A stretch of 25,261 bases of DNA, from positions 1-25,261 of IMG/VR virus record IMGVR_UViG_3300017766_003845. One strand, written 5' to 3'. Under the pieces are notes generated by a model. It had not been told where the DNA came from. It did no database searches and was given only the letters and a program-made list of their open reading frames with translations. Shown here in pieces: positions 8,236 to 16,593 of this stretch. Both the position numbers and the translations under genes were made by a program. The first letter of the stretch is position 1; each line of letters begins with the position of its first letter. This stretch comes from a virus (lineage: Duplodnaviria > Caudoviricetes).

Positions 8236-9583
8236 CAACTAACTCTTGTGAGTTAATTGATGTTGGAATTGGTTCCTGTGGAATCTCTTCCGTAATTTCA
8301 TTCGAAATAACTAAATCGGGTATCACTTCTACCGATATTTCAAACTCTGGATATATAACCTCAATAGGTTCATTTATAATTTCTTCTTGGAAAATATTCT
8401 CAGAATTAACCTCTATAGTGGAAAAATTTTCTTGTTCTTCCTCTTCGGTTGGTTCTATAGTGGAAAATTCTTCTTCATATTGTTTTAATAATTCCTCCGC
8501 ATTTGAATTCTCTATGATTTCTTTTGATTCTTCCACTTTTTCAGTGAATAAAGATTCATCGTACAATCCAAGTTCTTGGTCTAATCTCATAATTTCTGAA
8601 AGTAGTTCTCTTTGTTCTTCCTTTGTGGGTTGTACTGGATTTTCTATTGGTTCAAACACAACTTGTCTTAAGTTGATTGTTTTTGTTTCTACTGATATTG
8701 GTGTATCGTTTACGATTTCTTCCTCTTCTTCAACCAACTCAACATCGAGGTTTTCTCTGTATTCACTATTTGCCAATGCGGTTGGTTCTTCTTCCTCTTC
8801 TTCGGGTAGATAAATCTCTTCACGTTCTTTTTTTAACTCCTCAGCCCTTTCTAAAATTTGTCTGTGTCTAATTTCTTCGGCTTTTTTTAAAATATCCTCA
8901 TCACTTAGTTCCGACTCCTTTTTTCTTTTTTCTTCATAACGTATGGCAGCTTCCACTAAGTTTTCATTTGGTGGTGGAGGGTTGAGTAAAACCTCTTCTA
9001 ATTTTTTTAAATCCTCTTCACTTAGTCTCAATCTAGAAACTTCACCAACTAAATCACTTGCTTCAATTGTGTTTTCGGTTTTTGGATTCTCTTCTACAAT
9101 TTCATTTTGTTTTTTTCTATCTTCTTCAGTAAATTTCACTAACATGTGTAAAAAAGAAAGTGATATCACCGGTAACATACCACCAGCAAAAAATGCTAAG
9201 AATCTTTTATGGCCAATAAAGTCAGTTGGTTCAACCCCCATATATTCAACTAAAGGTGAAACTAAATCAACCCAATCTTTAAATTGTTGAGAGTCAATGT
9301 TAATATATGTGTAGGCAAAAAATATGTTACCTATAAACTGAACTAAGGTTACAATTGCAAATGGAAAGTAAACTTTAGACCCCATATTCGCGGATATAGC
9401 CGCTAATGCAGATAATGCCGCAATTTCAATACCTATGGATAAATAAACTGACCACGTTACAGGGTTAGAAATACCATACCATGTTGTAACGTGCGAAATT
9501 GAAACTATTGCAACGGTTATGATTGGAACCAAAAACGCAGCAATAATTAATGTTTTATAATTTTTGTTAATCCAGTTTTTCAT
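8216..9583 (-). CDS. Polytopic membrane protein (about 4 TM helices in the first 150 aa) with a long acidic C-terminal tail
   Basis: Four hydrophobic segments followed by a Glu-rich low-complexity region containing a duplicated FSTIE. Confidence 0.85.
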   Translation of the reverse strand: MKNWINKNYKTLIIAAFLVPIITVAIVSISHVTTWYGISNPVTWSVYLSIGIEIAALSALAAISANMGSKVYFPFAIVTLVQFIGNIFFAYTYINIDSQQFKDWVDLVSPLVEYMGVEPTDFIGHKRFLAFFAGGMLPVISLSFLHMLVKFTEEDRKKQNEIVEENPKTENTIEASDLVGEVSRLRLSEEDLKKLEEVLLNPPPPNENLVEAAIRYEEKRKKESELSDEDILKKAEEIRHRQILERAEELKKEREEIYLPEEEEEEPTALANSEYRENLDVELVEEEEEIVNDTPISVETKTINLRQVVFEPIENPVQPTKEEQRELLSEIMRLDQELGLYDESLFTEKVEESKEIIENSNAEELLKQYEEEFSTIEPTEEEEQENFSTIEVNSENIFQEEIINEPIEVIYPEFEISVEVIPDLVISNEITEEIPQEPIPTSINSQELVEKKNSL

Positions 9584-9891
9584 TTAAGACCTTTACTTAT
9601 TTTATCTCTATCATTAATCCACTTGTTATGTAAATCCATCAATACAGGAGGTCTATTAATTTTTGAAACGTCGTCAATAACAGTGTTCAACGCATCAATC
9701 TGACCTTGATTATAAGATGTGGATTTATCTACCTCATTTTTCTTGGATATTTCTTCTAATTCTATTTCATGTTTTTTTTCTAAATCTTTAACATCACGAG
9801 ACTTACCACAAGATTTAAAAAATAACAAAACCACTAACCCTATTAATAGTTTGGTTTTATGTTTCTTTAAAAATTCAATAATATTTTCCAT
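9580..9891 (-). CDS. Membrane-anchored or lipoprotein-like protein (103 aa)
   Basis: Basic N-terminus, hydrophobic LLIGLVVLLFF followed by KSCG; ATGA overlap with the next gene. Confidence 0.75.
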   Translation of the reverse strand: MENIIEFLKKHKTKLLIGLVVLLFFKSCGKSRDVKDLEKKHEIELEEISKKNEVDKSTSYNQGQIDALNTVIDDVSKINRPPVLMDLHNKWINDRDKISKGLK

Positions 9892-9903
9892 ATCTTTTTA
9901 CTT

Positions 9904-10719
9904 TTATAAATAGTTTAATAGACCAAAACTTTCATTTCTTAGTTTTTTTATCGCCTTGTCTTTAAGTTGTCTGATTCTTTCTTTTGTACATCCAAATTCT
10001 TCACCTAAGTCTTCTAAATTTGATTCGGTACCAGTTAAACCAAAGTATTTTGTTATTATAATCCTTTCTCTATCATCCAAAATACCTAACATTAATTCAA
10101 CTTTTTTCTTAATTTCTTCGGTAGAGTTGAGGAATTGTTCAGGTGATTCCGCGTTTTTATTTGGTATAACATCAATTAAAGTATCACCATCTTCATTAAT
10201 TTCACTAAAAAGTCCAACACAATATGGTAGATTGTTTGATGGGTTATAGTTATTATCTTCAGACAATAAATAACTATCCTCTTCTAAAACCTCATCTTTC
10301 TTCTTTTTCTTTTGAGCTTCTTGTACTAAATTAGAGGGTATTCTAATTGTTCTGGCGTTTTCATTTAATGACGCCATTATTGATTGTCTAACCCACCATA
10401 CGGCATAAGATATGAATTTTAAACCACTACTTGGGTTGAATTTTTCTGCTGCCTTGATTAAACCAATATTCCCCTCTGAAATTAAATCCATAATATCCAT
10501 TCCTTGATTCTGATACATTTTTGCAACAGAAATTACAAATCGGAGATTACCTACAACCATCTCATTAAAGAGGTTGTTTTTTTGGGTTTTAGTTAAATTG
10601 GTTTTTTTTAGTTCTGTGAAAATTTCTTCTTGTCTCTCATGTGAGATTACAGGAATTTTTCTAATGTCTTTAATGTACTGTTGAATTTCCTCCGTACTTA
10701 CGATGATGGATTTCTTCAT
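9904..10719 (-). CDS. RNA polymerase sigma70-family factor (RpoD/RpoS-like, no region 1.1, Bacteroidota type)
   Basis: Region 2: NLRFVISVAKMYQNQG..DLISEGNIGLIKAAEKF...KFISYAVWWVRQSI...RTIRIP; region 4.2: TKERIRQLKDKAIKKLR. Confidence 0.95.
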   Translation of the reverse strand: MKKSIIVSTEEIQQYIKDIRKIPVISHERQEEIFTELKKTNLTKTQKNNLFNEMVVGNLRFVISVAKMYQNQGMDIMDLISEGNIGLIKAAEKFNPSSGLKFISYAVWWVRQSIMASLNENARTIRIPSNLVQEAQKKKKKDEVLEEDSYLLSEDNNYNPSNNLPYCVGLFSEINEDGDTLIDVIPNKNAESPEQFLNSTEEIKKKVELMLGILDDRERIIITKYFGLTGTESNLEDLGEEFGCTKERIRQLKDKAIKKLRNESFGLLNYL

Positions 10720-10750
10720 AAATGTTTGGGTTTAGTTTTGTTTCTATAGA

Positions 10751-10781
10751 TAAAAATAATGAAAATTTTTTAATTTTCAAA
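10751..10781 (-). promoter_or_regulatory. Bacteroidota-type -33/-7 promoter upstream of the sigma factor gene
   Basis: Minus strand reads TTTG-N19-TATTTTTA, one mismatch to the TTTG-N19-21-TAnnTTTG consensus. Confidence 0.5.
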
Positions 10782-11222
10782 ATTATCTAGAAAATACTTT
10801 TCCTCTTCGGTCAAACTTTCTAAACCTTTTTTTTCTATTTTCTCCAAAACTTCGTCCAAATCAAACACTTTACTACTTGGTTTAATATATTCAACCCTAA
10901 TATTCATCTTTGATTCCTGTGGTTTGAATATAAAATCTTTTAATTTTTCAGGTAAATGTGCAGTAATAAGTTTGTCTAACGGATATAAAAAATAATACTT
11001 TATAGTGTCATTAATCATGAATTCTAACAACTCAGTTGATAATTTTTGTGGTTCTAACTCAGAATCAAATATAACAATTATATTATTATTATTTTCAATA
11101 ACATATCTCAGAGTTTTTACGGCGGGGGAATTTGACATAACTTCCATACAGAAGTATTCTACTTCATCGTGGTCCTCGAATGTACCGTAAATAAAAAGTG
11201 TGTATGTTTTAGTTTCAGCCAT
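10770..11222 (-). CDS. Hypothetical protein with a C-terminal DUF6576-like helical motif
   Basis: C-terminus LDEVLEKIEKKGLESLTEEEKYFL resembles the motif found at the C-termini of Bacteroidota rhomboid proteases. Confidence 0.7.
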   Translation of the reverse strand: MAETKTYTLFIYGTFEDHDEVEYFCMEVMSNSPAVKTLRYVIENNNNIIVIFDSELEPQKLSTELLEFMINDTIKYYFLYPLDKLITAHLPEKLKDFIFKPQESKMNIRVEYIKPSSKVFDLDEVLEKIEKKGLESLTEEEKYFLDNFEN

Positions 11223-11869
11223 TAAAATTTATTGTCTTTTGATTTAATTTTCCAATAAACACCACCTCCTATGTAAGGTGAAAATCTACCAATAGTACCA
11301 TCAACAACTCTATTGTTTAATCCTAAATCAACTCTATAAATTTTATCACTTTTTGTTTTCATCATAACTCCAAACCCCATTGAATTAATAAAATCGTCTC
11401 TGTTTGCACTAAAATTAAATCCATAATAAAATTTATTTTTAGGGTCCTCAGGAATTCTAAGAGTATCATATAAAACCTGTTTTTTAATTTTTGAGTTTGT
11501 AATGTCTCTTTCAATTATTTTATTTTCAGATATTGTCTCATTTAAAACTAATGTCCCAACACCATTCGGTAATGTCAGTGTTTCAGAAATTTTATTTGTT
11601 GCGTAGAAGATTTTAAGAATGTTCGCGGTATCAACTTCCTGAACAACTTTAACCTCAACAGGAACTTCAACCTCTACGGGAACCTCAACTTCTACCTCAA
11701 CCTCAATTTCCATTGGAATTGTATCATGAACAGGGTAGGGTATTGAATCTATTCTTGTTAGGTATTCGGTCCTATTAGGCATAATTCCTTTAGGATTACA
11801 ATATTCCAACGCCACAATTATTAATAGTACTACTATTATAATATTTCTATATTCAAATATCTTTTTCAT
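11222..11869 (-). CDS. Exported envelope protein with VEVP repeats and a beta-strand-rich C-terminus
   Basis: N-terminal hydrophobic stretch then Cys (IIVVLLIIVALEYC); VEVEVEVPVEVEVPVEV; C-terminal aromatic strands (FYYGFNF...YIGGGVYWKIK). Confidence 0.75.
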   Translation of the reverse strand: MKKIFEYRNIIIVVLLIIVALEYCNPKGIMPNRTEYLTRIDSIPYPVHDTIPMEIEVEVEVEVPVEVEVPVEVKVVQEVDTANILKIFYATNKISETLTLPNGVGTLVLNETISENKIIERDITNSKIKKQVLYDTLRIPEDPKNKFYYGFNFSANRDDFINSMGFGVMMKTKSDKIYRVDLGLNNRVVDGTIGRFSPYIGGGVYWKIKSKDNKF

Positions 11870-11870
11870 A

Positions 11871-12287
11871 TTACTTTAAAAGTAGCATAGATGTTGCAAC
11901 TACACCAACATAAGTTCCTACCTTAAAAAGAAAAGTCTTTCTTCTTTGACCTTTGAGTTCTTTTAAAAGACTTTCAGATTTTTGTCTTTCTAATGAAAAC
12001 TGTTCGTCTTTCTTTAAAATTATTGTTTCTAAATTAGAAATTTTCTGATCCTTAAGTGTATCTTTTTGTTTAAATAGGTTTATTTGGTCATCTTTCAATG
12101 AGATAACTTTGTTTAATTCCTTTATTTCAACAATCGAACCATCTCCCTTAATTAAGTCTTTAATTACCAATTTTGCAACCGGTACTTTTAAAGGTACCAA
12201 TGTATCAATATTGGTCTTTGTAACGTTCTGTGAAAAACTTTTCAAGGTCACTAAAGTTATAATTGTTAACAGAATCAATTTTTTCAT
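11871..12287 (-). CDS. Signal-peptide protein with a coiled coil and a C-terminal TM (spanin-like candidate)
   Basis: MKKLILLTIITLVTLKSFS|Q signal peptide; heptad-rich middle; hydrophobic C-terminus. Confidence 0.75.
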   Translation of the reverse strand: MKKLILLTIITLVTLKSFSQNVTKTNIDTLVPLKVPVAKLVIKDLIKGDGSIVEIKELNKVISLKDDQINLFKQKDTLKDQKISNLETIILKKDEQFSLERQKSESLLKELKGQRRKTFLFKVGTYVGVVATSMLLLK

Positions 12288-12549
12288 TTGTTTGGTTTTT
12301 AATTATAGTTATGTTTTTTGTTACTTTACTAATATCTCCGTCGATATTTGTAAGTTCTTTATCGATTAAAACTATTTGTTCGGTTAATTTTTCATTCACC
12401 ACTTGAACGGAATCAATCTCTTTCTGAATCATATCAATTTTTGTATTGTACGAATCTACGTCTGTTTTAATTCCATTCATTTGTAGGATAGAATAAGCCC
12501 CTAAAATAATTACGATAACTAATAAGATGTCTTGTTTATTAATTTTCAT
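12205..12549 (-). CDS. N-terminal TM plus coiled-coil protein (i-spanin/Rz-like candidate)
   Basis: ILLVIVIILGAYSIL TM followed by a long heptad repeat; overlaps the downstream gene by 83 nt. Confidence 0.7.
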   Translation of the reverse strand: MKINKQDILLVIVIILGAYSILQMNGIKTDVDSYNTKIDMIQKEIDSVQVVNEKLTEQIVLIDKELTNIDGDISKVTKNITIIKNQTNEKIDSVNNYNFSDLEKFFTERYKDQY

Positions 12550-12579
12550 ATGAATGTTTTATTATAAATATTTTAAAAT

Positions 12580-12602
12580 AAATAAGGGGACTAAAAGTCC
12601 CC
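12580..12602 (-). terminator. Intrinsic terminator after clpP
   Basis: GGGGACT-TTT-AGTCCCC hairpin (12586-12602) followed by TTATTT on the minus strand. Confidence 0.75.
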
Positions 12603-12640
12603 AAATTTTATACAAACATATTATGCAATTAACCAAATAA

Positions 12641-13315
12641 CTATTTCTTTTTCACAACTTCATCAATTATACCGTATTTAACCCCTTCTTCAGCTGTTAA
12701 CCAAAAATCTCGAGAAGCGTCCTCCATTACTTGTTCTTTTGTTTTATCACAATATCTACCAAGTAGTTCGAACAATCGTTCATTTTTCTTTTTCCACCAT
12801 TTCATCGTGATTTCCGCATCTTGGATATTACCAACTGCACCTCCTGATGATTGGTGTAACATGATTTCGGAGTCTTCTAATGCCCCCCTTTTCCCTTTGG
12901 TACCCGCACCTAGCAGTACTGAACCCATAGATGCCGCCATTCCTGTACAAATAGTTCTTATATCTGATTTGATATACTCCATTACATTAACCATTGATAG
13001 GCCCGATTTAACAGACCCACCAGGACTGTCAATGTGCATAGTGATATCATTGTTGTCTAAACTATCCAAAAACATTAACTGAGCTTGGACGATAGTGGAC
13101 ATATGGTCATTTACTTCACCCGCAACCCAAATAATCCTTTCCATCATCAATCTTGAAAAGACATCCATAACAGTTACGTTCATTTGTCTTTCCTCAAGAA
13201 TATATGGTGTTAAACTGCTCTCAATCAGTTTATTATACTGATGTAGTTTTAGGGACCCGATACCGTTATCTTTTGCGTATAGGTTAAAGTCTTTAATGTT
13301 TTTTAGTTCTGTCAT
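12641..13315 (-). CDS. clpP: ATP-dependent Clp protease proteolytic subunit
   Basis: MDVFSRLMMERII, IDSPGGSV, catalytic AASMG (Ser), MLHQ (His), SRDFW (Asp), YGIIDEV. Confidence 0.97.
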   Translation of the reverse strand: MTELKNIKDFNLYAKDNGIGSLKLHQYNKLIESSLTPYILEERQMNVTVMDVFSRLMMERIIWVAGEVNDHMSTIVQAQLMFLDSLDNNDITMHIDSPGGSVKSGLSMVNVMEYIKSDIRTICTGMAASMGSVLLGAGTKGKRGALEDSEIMLHQSSGGAVGNIQDAEITMKWWKKKNERLFELLGRYCDKTKEQVMEDASRDFWLTAEEGVKYGIIDEVVKKK

Positions 13316-13331
13316 ATTGTTTTGTTTTTAT

Positions 13332-13363
13332 CAAAAATACACAAAAAAAAATTAAAATCCAAA
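13332..13363 (-). promoter_or_regulatory. Bacteroidota primary-sigma promoter upstream of clpP
   Basis: Exact consensus match on the minus strand: TTTG (13363-13360), a 20-nt spacer, TATTTTTG (13339-13332). Confidence 0.7.
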
Positions 13364-15718
13364 TTAAGATATCTTAGTTGTTATATAATCTATTGATGAT
13401 ATATTTTCATCTTTTTTAATCATTATAATATTGTCAGACCAATTTCGTATTAAAGAATTATGTGATATGACTAAAATGTGTTCAAAATAATTTTTAATCT
13501 TTTTAAAGAACTCCCCAACCATTTCTAAATTCTCGTCTGCTATTTTACCAAAGACTTCATCCATAACAACAATATTCGGTTTAGGTAATGACGATATTTT
13601 CGTTAAAACACTACGAAGTGCTAATGATGAGATAGTTCTTTCATAACCTGAACCTGAATTTAATGGTTTGACAACTCTTGTTTCGGTATCAATCATCAAG
13701 AACTCAACTTCATTTTTATCATTAACATTTAATTCTAAAATAAAGTGACAACTATCGACTAATAAACGATATAGTTCTTGATTTAGAAGTGGTATCATGT
13801 TTTTCATAATAACTTTAGAAATACCGTTCTTACCATAAATGGTCAAGTATGTTTTAAACACGTTTGATAGTTCTTCTTCGGATTTAATTTTGGTGATAAG
13901 TTCGTTGTTAGTACTTACCTTATCATTCATAATAGTAATATTACTTTTATGTTTTTCAATTGAATTATTTGCAATCCTAATATCGGCGTTTGCGGTCTCA
14001 ATTTGTGACCTCAAAGCAATTATCTCCCCGTCTATCTTTTGATTATCTTCTAATTTCTTTTTGTTGTCATCGTACCTATCTAACCTTAATTGTTTCGAAT
14101 CAATTTCAAGTTGTTTTTGATCAACCTCCAATTCGTAACGAGCCTTACGTAATTTATTCCTTTCGTAATTCTCAAACTCAGATTTTAAATTATCAAACTT
14201 ATTAGACTCTTCTTTTAAGTTATCGAATTTTTTCTGATTTAATTCAATTTCATTTAAGATTTCATTGACTTCATTTTTAAGATTTTCAATTTCATCTGTA
14301 TGGTCGACTTCATCTAACGCCCTTTTACATGTTGGACAAATAGAACCTTCAGTTAGTTGTTTTATTAGTTTTTCTTTTTCTCCCTTTTCGTATTTGTATG
14401 CAACATCAATACCTTGTAAGTCCGCCATTCGACCCCTTAATTCCTTATGGTCATCTTCGTTATAGTATTTAGATGGTTCTTTTACATCTACACCATCAGC
14501 GTTTTTCTTACTATTATTTCTTTGAGTGATTAAATCGTCAATTTCTCTTTTAAGAAGAGTAGGATTGGTTTTTATTAATTCTTGGTCAACATCGTTGTTT
14601 CTTGAACTAAGGATTTCATCTTTCCTTGACTCTAACTCTTTAGAATGTTTATCTAATCTTTGTAATTCTAAATTAAGTCTCTCAATTTCATTTTCAGAAT
14701 TGGTGATACTGTCTTGGTAATTTGTGTTATCAATTTCTAATTGAGTGATGTTATATGTGTTGGATACTAATTTCTTACTCCAATCATTATAAATGTTTTT
14801 AGCTATTTCTTCTTTGTTTCTTAAACTTTCAAGACCCAAGAACTTAGTTAGAATTTGACCTCTTGCCGTTGGTTTGGATTCTATCAACTGTTCTAAATTA
14901 TTACCCGTTGTCATGATAGTAGATAAGAAATCCTCTTCACTTCCTATTGCAGACTCAATGAAAGTTTCGGTTTCTCTTCTTTGTTCTCCCGATAAGTTTT
15001 CAATCGTACCGTCTGGTTTCTTTTTATAAAACTCTAACTTACTACTTACATTGTATTCACCTTGTTTTGTTTTCTTACGTATAAGTTTTCTCTCAATTAC
15101 ATAATCATCACCATCGATTGTTATTTCACCTCGAACTAAAACTTCATCCTTATCTGAAAATTTGTTAAAAATTTCACCGGCTGTTTTTGTTTTGGTGGTT
15201 GAATTAAAAAATAAAAACATCAAGAGGTCCACAGAAGAGGTTGATTTTCCTCCGAAGTTTTTTGGTGTGGATTCAATTACAGTAATACCATCTAATTCGG
15301 TATAATCTATTTCATTGTTATCACCAAATGATAAAAAATTAGAAAACTGAATTTTTCTCACAAACCATTTGTTGTATCTAACTTTATTCTCGTTCAGTTT
15401 ATCAATCTCACCATTAACTCTATTGTCCAACCTATCCACCAATTCCCATTTGGTTGTTATGTTATTTTCCTTGATGAAATCTTTCATCAAATTTTTCTGA
15501 TATTGTTGGTCTAAAATATTATCAGATGCCTCTAATGATTCTAATTTAATATTAGACTTATCAACCAAACTTTTGGTAATAACTTGTATTGATTTGGTTT
15601 TATACTTGTCCTGAAAATATGATTTAACTCTCCTGATTTTTTCAGGTGTAAAATTTTCTGGTGTGTCTTCCCAAGTTACCTTAATAAATGGATTATTGTA
15701 TTTCATATGATTTGTCAA
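13364..15718 (-). CDS. sbcC: SbcC/Rad50 (gp46-like) SMC-type ATPase
   Basis: IQFSNFLSFG, Walker A variant NFGGKST, long coiled coil, Zn hook CPTC, signature variant SGSGYE, Walker B VVMDE, H-loop ISH. Confidence 0.92.
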   Translation of the reverse strand: MTNHMKYNNPFIKVTWEDTPENFTPEKIRRVKSYFQDKYKTKSIQVITKSLVDKSNIKLESLEASDNILDQQYQKNLMKDFIKENNITTKWELVDRLDNRVNGEIDKLNENKVRYNKWFVRKIQFSNFLSFGDNNEIDYTELDGITVIESTPKNFGGKSTSSVDLLMFLFFNSTTKTKTAGEIFNKFSDKDEVLVRGEITIDGDDYVIERKLIRKKTKQGEYNVSSKLEFYKKKPDGTIENLSGEQRRETETFIESAIGSEEDFLSTIMTTGNNLEQLIESKPTARGQILTKFLGLESLRNKEEIAKNIYNDWSKKLVSNTYNITQLEIDNTNYQDSITNSENEIERLNLELQRLDKHSKELESRKDEILSSRNNDVDQELIKTNPTLLKREIDDLITQRNNSKKNADGVDVKEPSKYYNEDDHKELRGRMADLQGIDVAYKYEKGEKEKLIKQLTEGSICPTCKRALDEVDHTDEIENLKNEVNEILNEIELNQKKFDNLKEESNKFDNLKSEFENYERNKLRKARYELEVDQKQLEIDSKQLRLDRYDDNKKKLEDNQKIDGEIIALRSQIETANADIRIANNSIEKHKSNITIMNDKVSTNNELITKIKSEEELSNVFKTYLTIYGKNGISKVIMKNMIPLLNQELYRLLVDSCHFILELNVNDKNEVEFLMIDTETRVVKPLNSGSGYERTISSLALRSVLTKISSLPKPNIVVMDEVFGKIADENLEMVGEFFKKIKNYFEHILVISHNSLIRNWSDNIIMIKKDENISSIDYITTKIS

Positions 15719-16229
15719 GTGTCCAAACTCCGTTGATTAAATTGTACGTTTCTACGTCTTCTCTTCTAAATGATAACCAATCTTCGAGTTCATCACTATT
15801 ATTTGGTTGAAATCTTGTTTTAATTACCTTGTTTGGGTTTCTAATTGTGTCAGGTCTGATTACAATCATTTGTGTGAAATCTTTATTTGCCCTTACAAAG
15901 ATATTCTTATCAAATGATGGGTTTTCTTTTGTTTTACCATAGAAAGTGTAGATTTGCATCCAATATTTATGTTTTCTAATTGGGATGTTTATTGTTGGAA
16001 ATCCAATATTAGATATCAAACAATATTTTTCATTTTCCCAAAAACAACCAGTCCAACCTCCACCTTCTACTTCTACACCTAGTAATGTTTCTGTAGTACC
16101 CGTTAAATCTATGACTTTCATATCATGTGGGGTCTCGTTCAATAATACCCCAAATTGATTATCAAAAAAATCTATGACCGCATTCCTAACGGGTCCATCA
16201 TTAAAACTTGTTCCTCTTAAAAATGGCAT
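15693..16229 (-). CDS. Hypothetical protein, possible PD-(D/E)xK-fold nuclease
   Basis: IDL...GVEVE motif spacing is reminiscent of restriction-like nucleases. Confidence 0.55.
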   Translation of the reverse strand: MPFLRGTSFNDGPVRNAVIDFFDNQFGVLLNETPHDMKVIDLTGTTETLLGVEVEGGGWTGCFWENEKYCLISNIGFPTINIPIRKHKYWMQIYTFYGKTKENPSFDKNIFVRANKDFTQMIVIRPDTIRNPNKVIKTRFQPNNSDELEDWLSFRREDVETYNLINGVWTLDKSYEIQ

Positions 16230-16234
16230 TAAAG

Positions 16235-16546
16235 TTATTTTAGTCTATTTTCCTCGAAAAATTCGATTATGGCATTGATTGCCCAAACTGAACCAGCGGT
16301 AAACATGCCATCAAAAAATACACCCATTAACCAATGTACATTTAAGATATTACTAACCAATCCCCCTAAGACAAGTGACATAAAAAATCCAACCCACGTT
16401 GATGTACACAAAGTACAACTAACTAAGTCCCCAAAAAATTTTGAGTTTCTTTTTATAAATTCTCTTGTTGATTCGAAGATAGAACCCCATACAATAATTG
16501 AAGTCATTCCATATGCGGTAAAAACCCATAAAAATAATTTATCCAT
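16235..16546 (-). CDS. DUF1360-like membrane protein with CxxC
   Basis: LVSCTLCTSTWVG motif between TM helices; ATG at 16546 is preferred over the TTG at 16585, which lies in the AT-rich spacer. Confidence 0.7.
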   Translation of the reverse strand: MDKLFLWVFTAYGMTSIIVWGSIFESTREFIKRNSKFFGDLVSCTLCTSTWVGFFMSLVLGGLVSNILNVHWLMGVFFDGMFTAGSVWAINAIIEFFEENRLK

Positions 16547-16593
16547 AATTTTAGTTTTATTATAATATAAGAAAAAAATCAACAATAAAAAAC

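Noticed and set aside
8412-8472. Direct repeat tctatagtggaaaa as an att or regulatory site
   Set aside because: It encodes a duplicated FSTIE peptide within a low-complexity tail; there is no integrase or element boundary nearby.
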